Assembly (NCBI GenBank): GCA_016742095.1
Contig: JACVCJ010000005.1
Location: 3,335 to 67,334 of the forward strand
Direction: 5' to 3'
DNA: 64,000 nt
Source: Bacteroidia bacterium
GTDB lineage: Bacteria > Bacteroidota > Bacteroidia > CAIKAF01
The notes under the pieces were generated by a model. It was not told the DNA's origin, searched no databases, and saw nothing but the letters and a program-made list of their open reading frames with translations. This document shows, piece after piece, positions 58,606 through 64,000 of this stretch. Position numbers and translations under genes: made by a program. The first letter of the stretch is position 1; the number at the start of each line of letters is the position of its first letter.

Positions 58606-60447
58606 TTATTCTACAGTTACGGATTTTGCCAGGTTGCGGGGCTGGTCTACGTTACAACCGCGCATTACAGCTATGTGGTAGGCCAGGAACTGCAGGGGAA
58701 CGGTGGTGACCATGGGCGAGAACTCTTCGCAGGTCTCCGGCACCTCGATCACGTGATCGGCCATTTTCCGTACTTCGGTATCGCCTTTGTTCACCACGGC
58801 AATAATATGTCCCTTGCGGGCTTTCACTTCCTGTATATTGCTGAGGATCTTTTCGTAATGGCCGCGTTTGGTGGCCACGATCACTACCGGCATGTTCTCG
58901 TCGATGAGGGCGATGGGACCGTGTTTCATTTCGGCCGCCGGGTATCCTTCGGCGTGAATGTAGGAGATCTCTTTCAGTTTCAGGGCTCCTTCCAGCGCCA
59001 CGGGGAAGTTGAAACCGCGTCCGAGGTACAGGCAGTTGGGCGCGTCTTTGTACTCTTCCGCGATCATTTTCACCAGGCTGTCGGTCTGCAGGGCTTCGGC
59101 CACCTGGTTGGGGATCTCGTTCAGTTCGTTGATCAGGCGGAAGTATTCCGATTCCTGCAGTACGCCTTTTTTACGTCCGAGGAACAGGGAAATAAGCGCC
59201 AGTACCGAAACCTGTGCCGTAAAGGCCTTGGTAGAGGCCACCCCGATCTCCGGACCGGCATGCGTATAGGCCCCGGCATGCGAGGTGCGTGCAATGGAAG
59301 AGCCTACCACGTTACAGATACCGAAAATGGTAGCGCCTTTTTCCTTGGCCAGCTGAATGGCCGCCAGGGTATCGGCGGTCTCACCCGATTGCGAAATGGC
59401 AATAACGATGTCGCGCTCGGTAATGATGGGGTTGCGGTAGCGGAACTCGGACGCGTATTCCACCTCCACGGGGATGCGCGCCAGTTCTTCGATCATGTAT
59501 TCGCCCACCAGTCCGGCGTGCCAGCTGGTCCCGCAGGCCACAATGATGATGCGGTCGGCATTGAGCAGTTTGTGTTCATATTCGATGAGCCCGGCCATGC
59601 TGATGCGCCCGGTCTCTGTATCCAGGCGGCCGCGCAGGCTGTCGGTAATGGAACGGGGCTGTTCGTGGATCTCCTTGATCATAAAGTGCGGGTAACCGCC
59701 TTTTTCGATCTCTTCGAGGTCCATTTCCAGCTGTTGCAGGAAGGGAGTGACCTCGTTGTTGCGGATGGTTTTCAGGCGAACGTCCTTACCGCGCTCCAGG
59801 ATGGCGATCTGCTCATCCTCGAGGTAGATCACATCTTTGGTATATTCAACGATGGGTGCTCCGTCCGAGGCCAGGAAAAACTCGCCGTTACCCACGCCGA
59901 TCACCAGCGGACTGCCTTTTTTGGCAGCGATGATACGGTCGGGATCGTCTTTTTTAAGTACGGCAATGGCGTAGGCTCCTACCACCTCGTTCAGGGCCAG
60001 GCGTACGGCTTCGGCCAGGTCTACTTTCTGGTGTTCCAGTATGTATTCGATCAGGTTGCCCAGTACTTCGGTATCGGTATCGCTGCGGAAGTGCATGCCG
60101 CGTTTTTCCAGTCCTTCTTTCAGGGTGGCGTAGTTCTCGATGATCCCGTTGTGAATGATCACCAGGCTTTCCGAATCGGAATAGTGCGGGTGAGCATTCT
60201 TGTCGTCGGGTACCCCGTGGGTTGCCCAGCGCGTATGGCCGATGCCCAGGGTCCCGCTCATATCTTTGTCTTTGGTAAGGTTTTCCAGTTCACTTACTTT
60301 CCCCTTACGCTTATAGAGGTTAAGTCCGTTTTCATTGATGAGTGCTACCCCGGCGCTGTCGTAGCCGCGGTATTCCAGGCGTTTTAATCCTTTTATCAGG
60401 ATAGGGAAGGCCTGTTTATCCCCGATATAACCAACTATTCCACACAT
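58606..60447 (-). CDS. glmS: Glutamine--fructose-6-phosphate transaminase
   Basis: MCGIVG, GHTRWATHG, SQSGETADT, DQPRNLAKSVTVE. Confidence 0.99.
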   Translation of the reverse strand: MCGIVGYIGDKQAFPILIKGLKRLEYRGYDSAGVALINENGLNLYKRKGKVSELENLTKDKDMSGTLGIGHTRWATHGVPDDKNAHPHYSDSESLVIIHNGIIENYATLKEGLEKRGMHFRSDTDTEVLGNLIEYILEHQKVDLAEAVRLALNEVVGAYAIAVLKKDDPDRIIAAKKGSPLVIGVGNGEFFLASDGAPIVEYTKDVIYLEDEQIAILERGKDVRLKTIRNNEVTPFLQQLEMDLEEIEKGGYPHFMIKEIHEQPRSITDSLRGRLDTETGRISMAGLIEYEHKLLNADRIIIVACGTSWHAGLVGEYMIEELARIPVEVEYASEFRYRNPIITERDIVIAISQSGETADTLAAIQLAKEKGATIFGICNVVGSSIARTSHAGAYTHAGPEIGVASTKAFTAQVSVLALISLFLGRKKGVLQESEYFRLINELNEIPNQVAEALQTDSLVKMIAEEYKDAPNCLYLGRGFNFPVALEGALKLKEISYIHAEGYPAAEMKHGPIALIDENMPVVIVATKRGHYEKILSNIQEVKARKGHIIAVVNKGDTEVRKMADHVIEVPETCEEFSPMVTTVPLQFLAYHIAVMRGCNVDQPRNLAKSVTVE

Positions 60448-60470
60448 GGTTCAAAAAAGATAATGCTAAA

Positions 60471-61775
60471 TTAGGGGACCTGCGAGTAATACAAACGCAG
60501 GCGTACTCGGTCGGGCTGACTTTTTGTGCCGTGCAGGACAATGCGTTCCATAAAGGTACCCGCGCCCTGCAGGCTCAGTATCAGCGTGTCGTTCGGGATA
60601 AGGCCGGCCGACACACGGTTCACGTGTCGTGTAATGTTAAATACATAACGGTCTTTATCCGCCTGGTAAACACCGTCGCTGCTGTTGCTGCCGTAATCGT
60701 CCAGGAACTGGAAAATACCGGAAGAGGCTTTTTTAACCAGCACGACCGCCGAGGGTTTCCGGAAGTTCCCGTTCAGGGACTCGTCCACAGGGAAGATCAG
60801 TTCGGCTTTGTTGATCATGGTCTTTTTATCGGGGTTGATGTTGTTGAGCCCCGGGATGTACAGTTTGATCATGGACCCTACACCGGGCTGCAGGAACAGG
60901 TTCTGTTCGCCCGCGGCATAACTGTTGAAGGCAGAGGCCATAGGCGTGCTGCCGTACACATGATTGAACGTATTTATGCGGTTGTTGCCGTCTTTGATGG
61001 AAGCTTCCCAGAGACTGGGCGTATTGCCGTTGCGGGTAAAATGTACCGTAATTTTGGAATACACCGCGGTGGGATTGAAGTACAGCAGGCAGCCCTTGTC
61101 GGGGGTGTTCTGCTGACTGGCCGTGAAATACAGTCCGTAAAAGTGGTCCTCGAAAAAGGTTTCGCTGGCCAGGGCATAGGGATTGGCCAGGAGCTTTTCG
61201 CCCAGGCTTTTGTTCAGGCGTATGCGGATCTGTGCGGGCAGGGTAGTGTCGCCCACCTGCAGCGGATCGAACTGTTGCGGGATGAATTTCAGGGAGCCCA
61301 GCGGTTTACCGTGGATAAAGCTGGCATCGGTATACGAAGAACCGGAAGGCAGTTTGCTTTCCACAGGATATACGAAAATTTCGGTCTGCCCCTTGTATTT
61401 GTTGGGATAACCGTAACCGATCTGGTTAGGATAATAGGCCAGGGAAACAAAAACGGAGTCTACTGAAGTAACGTTACCGATTCCGGCGCCGTAGTAGACA
61501 AAAGGACGGTAAGCGGCATAAAAACCGGCGGTGGTAATGCCCATTACAGGATCGTTGAAGCTGCCGAGTACGGCCCAGGTACGTTTATCGCCCCGTACAG
61601 AGTCGTTTACGGCCGTTTTAGCCAGGATGGTAAGGGTATCGGTGTAGTTCTCGTCCAGTCCGCCGCCCAGTCCGTCGAGGTCGTTGGGAAAACTCTCGTC
61701 AGGCTTTTTGCAGGAGCCTAAAAATAAAGCACTTAAGGTGCATATGCCGACGGCGATCTGGAGTATTTTGTTCAT
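60471..61775 (-). CDS. DUF4270-family lipoprotein
   Basis: Lipobox FLGSC, LG...DPVMG.T.A.F, INKAEL, RLRLYYS; conserved position between the GT5 gene and glmS. Confidence 0.8.
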   Translation of the reverse strand: MNKILQIAVGICTLSALFLGSCKKPDESFPNDLDGLGGGLDENYTDTLTILAKTAVNDSVRGDKRTWAVLGSFNDPVMGITTAGFYAAYRPFVYYGAGIGNVTSVDSVFVSLAYYPNQIGYGYPNKYKGQTEIFVYPVESKLPSGSSYTDASFIHGKPLGSLKFIPQQFDPLQVGDTTLPAQIRIRLNKSLGEKLLANPYALASETFFEDHFYGLYFTASQQNTPDKGCLLYFNPTAVYSKITVHFTRNGNTPSLWEASIKDGNNRINTFNHVYGSTPMASAFNSYAAGEQNLFLQPGVGSMIKLYIPGLNNINPDKKTMINKAELIFPVDESLNGNFRKPSAVVLVKKASSGIFQFLDDYGSNSSDGVYQADKDRYVFNITRHVNRVSAGLIPNDTLILSLQGAGTFMERIVLHGTKSQPDRVRLRLYYSQVP

Positions 61776-61793
61776 GTTGCCTGAAACTCTCAT

Positions 61794-61828
61794 AAAAAAG
61801 AATCTGCAAGATTACGCAATCCTGCAGA
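61794..61828 (-). terminator. Terminator-like hairpin between the GT5 gene and DUF4270
   Basis: TCTGCAAGATT-acgc-AATCCTGCAGA preceded by an A-run on + (T-run on -). Confidence 0.5.
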
Positions 61829-61867
61829 CCTTAGCAATTAAAATGACCAATGCGGCAAACGCCGGCA

Positions 61868-62698
61868 TTAGCCTAATATTGTTTCTTCCTGTAAAATTTC
61901 CTGGTAGAACGCATGCAGGTCGTCCAGGTAATTATCGGTATACGAAGTTTCGAGCAGTTTGATGCCGCTGTCCTTGATGGCTTTGCTGATCTCTTTATCG
62001 AGGGTGAAATTGCCTTTTACGGCGGCGTCGGAGTATTTCAGGCCCGAAACGATCAGGTTGGCGTAGTTCGCTTTTTTGGCCAGTTCGCTCAGGTCTCCGT
62101 CGCTGAAGCCTTCCTGGGCTTTCTGAGCGAAGTCTTTCGGGAACATTTCGCTGAACTTGTCGTCTTCGTAGATACTGGTTACGATCTTGGAATTACTGAA
62201 GGTGGGGTCGTTCTTGTACAGGGTACGTACGTAAAAGGGGACCAGGGTGCTGAGCCAGCCGTGTACGTGGATCACATCGGGTACCCAGCCCAGTTTTTTC
62301 ACGGTTTCCAGTACGCCTTTGCAATAGAAGATGGCGCGTTCGTCGTTGTCCGGGAAAAAGTTGTCCGAATCGTCGCGGAACATGGTCTTCCGGCGGAAAA
62401 ACTCTTCGTTATCAATGAAATAGACCTGTATGCGGCCGGTAGGAATGGACGCTACTTTAATTACGAGGGGCTGGTCGGTGTCGTTTACGATAATGTTCAT
62501 TCCCGACAGGCGTATCACTTCGTGCAACTGATGCCTCCGTTCGTTGATCATCCCAAAGCGCGGCATAAAATTCCTGATTTCCCAACCTCTCTCCTGCATG
62601 CCCTGCGGCAGTTCCCTTGCCGTTCGCGCCATGAGCGTTTCGTCGGTCATATAGGGCATCATTTCATGGGTAATGTAGAGCACTCTTGCTTTCTCCAT
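61868..62698 (-). CDS. Glycogen/starch synthase catalytic-domain protein (Glyco_transf_5)
   Basis: FMPRFGMINERRHQLHEVIRLSGMN, DNDERAIF, WVPDVIHVHGW. Confidence 0.9.
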   Translation of the reverse strand: MEKARVLYITHEMMPYMTDETLMARTARELPQGMQERGWEIRNFMPRFGMINERRHQLHEVIRLSGMNIIVNDTDQPLVIKVASIPTGRIQVYFIDNEEFFRRKTMFRDDSDNFFPDNDERAIFYCKGVLETVKKLGWVPDVIHVHGWLSTLVPFYVRTLYKNDPTFSNSKIVTSIYEDDKFSEMFPKDFAQKAQEGFSDGDLSELAKKANYANLIVSGLKYSDAAVKGNFTLDKEISKAIKDSGIKLLETSYTDNYLDDLHAFYQEILQEETILG

Positions 62699-62870
62699 AA
62701 ATACTAACGTGTGATTAAAGACGAATGTGGTTTCTTAAAGGTGTATGCTTGGTCTGTCGACATCAAGATCGTAATTCGAATAGATTGTTTCCGAATGCAA
62801 AATTAACAAAAAATATCCGTACTTTCAAAATTACCCCTTACTTTGCCCCTTTTAGCGAAGGGGAAAACGG

Positions 62871-63701
62871 ATGCGCATTTTTACACAAAAGGCTGATATT
62901 CTTAATTTTATTCTTGAAAAAAAGGCGTCTGCCACCATCGGGTTTGTGCCAACCATGGGTGCCTTGCACCACGGACACCGGGCATTGTTCGAGTTATGCC
63001 GGGCACAGAATGAGGTGGCCGTAGCCAGTATTTTTGTAAATCCCATGCAGTTCAACAATCCCGAGGATCTGCAAAAGTACCCGCGCACGCCGGAGGCCGA
63101 CCTGGCCATGCTGGAAGCCGCCGGTTTCGACGCCGTTTTTGTTCCCGATGCCGAAAAGCTGTTCGAAGGCGAAGACTTTCCCCAGCCCGACCTGGGCTCG
63201 CTCAACGATGTAATGGAAGGGAAGTTCCGCCCGGGCCATTTCGAAGGCGTATACAAAATTGTATGGCTGCTGTTCCGCTATGTGCAGCCGGACAAGGCCT
63301 ACTTCGGACAGAAGGACTACCAGCAGCTGGCCGTGATACGCCGTATGGTGCAGCAGGAGGACCTGCCCGTGGAGGTGATCGGCTGTCCTACCGTACGCGA
63401 GGCCGACGGACTGGCCATGAGCTCCCGCAATATGCGCCTCGATGCCGCAAGCCGCGAAAAAGCCGCGGCCGTTTCGCGTTACCTGCTTTCCCTGCAACGG
63501 CATTTTACACTGAGCGCCGCCGAAATGAAAGCCGCTTTTGAAGCACTTACCCGCTCCCTGGGTTTTGAACCCGAATACATCGAACTGGCCGATGCCGTCA
63601 CCCTGCAGCCCCTGGACCGCTTTAGCGGCGCTCCGGCAGTGATCTGTATGGCCTATTATGCAGGCCCGGTACGCCTCATCGATAACGTAACGCTAAATTG
63701 A
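62871..63701 (+). CDS. panC: Pantoate--beta-alanine ligase
   Basis: GFVPTMGALH.GH, SIFVNP.QF, RPGHFEGV, FGQKDYQQ, GLAMSSRN, RLIDN. Confidence 0.97.
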   Translation: MRIFTQKADILNFILEKKASATIGFVPTMGALHHGHRALFELCRAQNEVAVASIFVNPMQFNNPEDLQKYPRTPEADLAMLEAAGFDAVFVPDAEKLFEGEDFPQPDLGSLNDVMEGKFRPGHFEGVYKIVWLLFRYVQPDKAYFGQKDYQQLAVIRRMVQQEDLPVEVIGCPTVREADGLAMSSRNMRLDAASREKAAAVSRYLLSLQRHFTLSAAEMKAAFEALTRSLGFEPEYIELADAVTLQPLDRFSGAPAVICMAYYAGPVRLIDNVTLN

Positions 63702-63748
63702 TCGGCAGTTTTGGGATTGGTGCGCAATATCATTAATTTTGTAGCACT

Positions 63749-64000
63749 ATGGACTACACGCAGACTCGCACCGAGGGACGGGAGATCTTTTCTACGGACC
63801 GGAAGGCTTTACAAATAAACCTGGACAAGGTTTTTTACGGCTCTTTTGCCGAAATAGGCGCGGGACAGGATACAGCCGGCGTGTTCTTTAAGGCGGGAGG
63901 CGCTTCCCAGACCGTGGCCAAGACCATGAGCGCCTACGATATGAAGTTCTCCGACAGCATTTACGGCGCCGAAGAGCACGGCCGCTACGTTTCCGAAAGC
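63749..64000 (+). CDS. Conserved Bacteroidota protein, nucleotidyltransferase-like (3'-truncated by window)
   Basis: KALQINLD...YGSFAEIGAGQ...FKAGGASQTVAKTMSAYDMKFSDSIYG...RYVSE; TAATTTTG promoter at 63734-41. Confidence 0.75.
   Translation, partial: MDYTQTRTEGREIFSTDRKALQINLDKVFYGSFAEIGAGQDTAGVFFKAGGASQTVAKTMSAYDMKFSDSIYGAEEHGRYVSES

Noticed and set aside
58675..60387. Long antisense ORFs (also 27109-28713, 12807-14225, 40861-42396, 4099-5553, 20224-21615, 18549-19832)
   Set aside because: Shadow frames of well-identified genes on the opposite strand, expected from codon bias; no recognisable motifs.
60447..60471. glmS ribozyme
   Set aside because: Only 23 nt separate glmS from the upstream gene; no room and no consensus.

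Overview
A housekeeping-rich chromosomal window from a Bacteroidota bacterium of moderately high GC. The assignment rests on TAnnTTTG promoters, a fused ccoNO, a T9SS C-terminal domain, and the DUF4270-glmS and DUF4175-ybeY-mnmG syntenies. Core genes include ribE, asnS, ybeY, mnmG, fumC, aspS, priA, rseP, hemW, rlmN, glmS and panC, plus a cbb3 oxidase operon (ccoS-NO-Q-P-G-H-DsbD2). Two identical parS sites directly before mnmG and a third degenerate one suggest the window is near the origin. I saw no rRNA, tRNA, CRISPR array, transposase or integrase. The most interesting non-annotated signals are: (1) the 10-mer TCTACCCGTT directly before the start codons of ccoS, ccoG and ccoH, but not of the oxidase subunits; (2) a terminator/antiterminator leader with a 4-codon uORF before an NAD(P)H-binding gene; (3) a secreted protein with ten NPxFNxxI octapeptide repeats; (4) two AT-richer accessory insertions (an AAA-DUF4143 ATPase with a 30-bp palindromic operator, and a small ORF plus ClpP-fold protease); (5) two genes each split by one in-frame TAG, and a gene-decay zone at about 52-54.5 kb. 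All calls come from reading the sequence and recalling motifs; no searches or folding were run.
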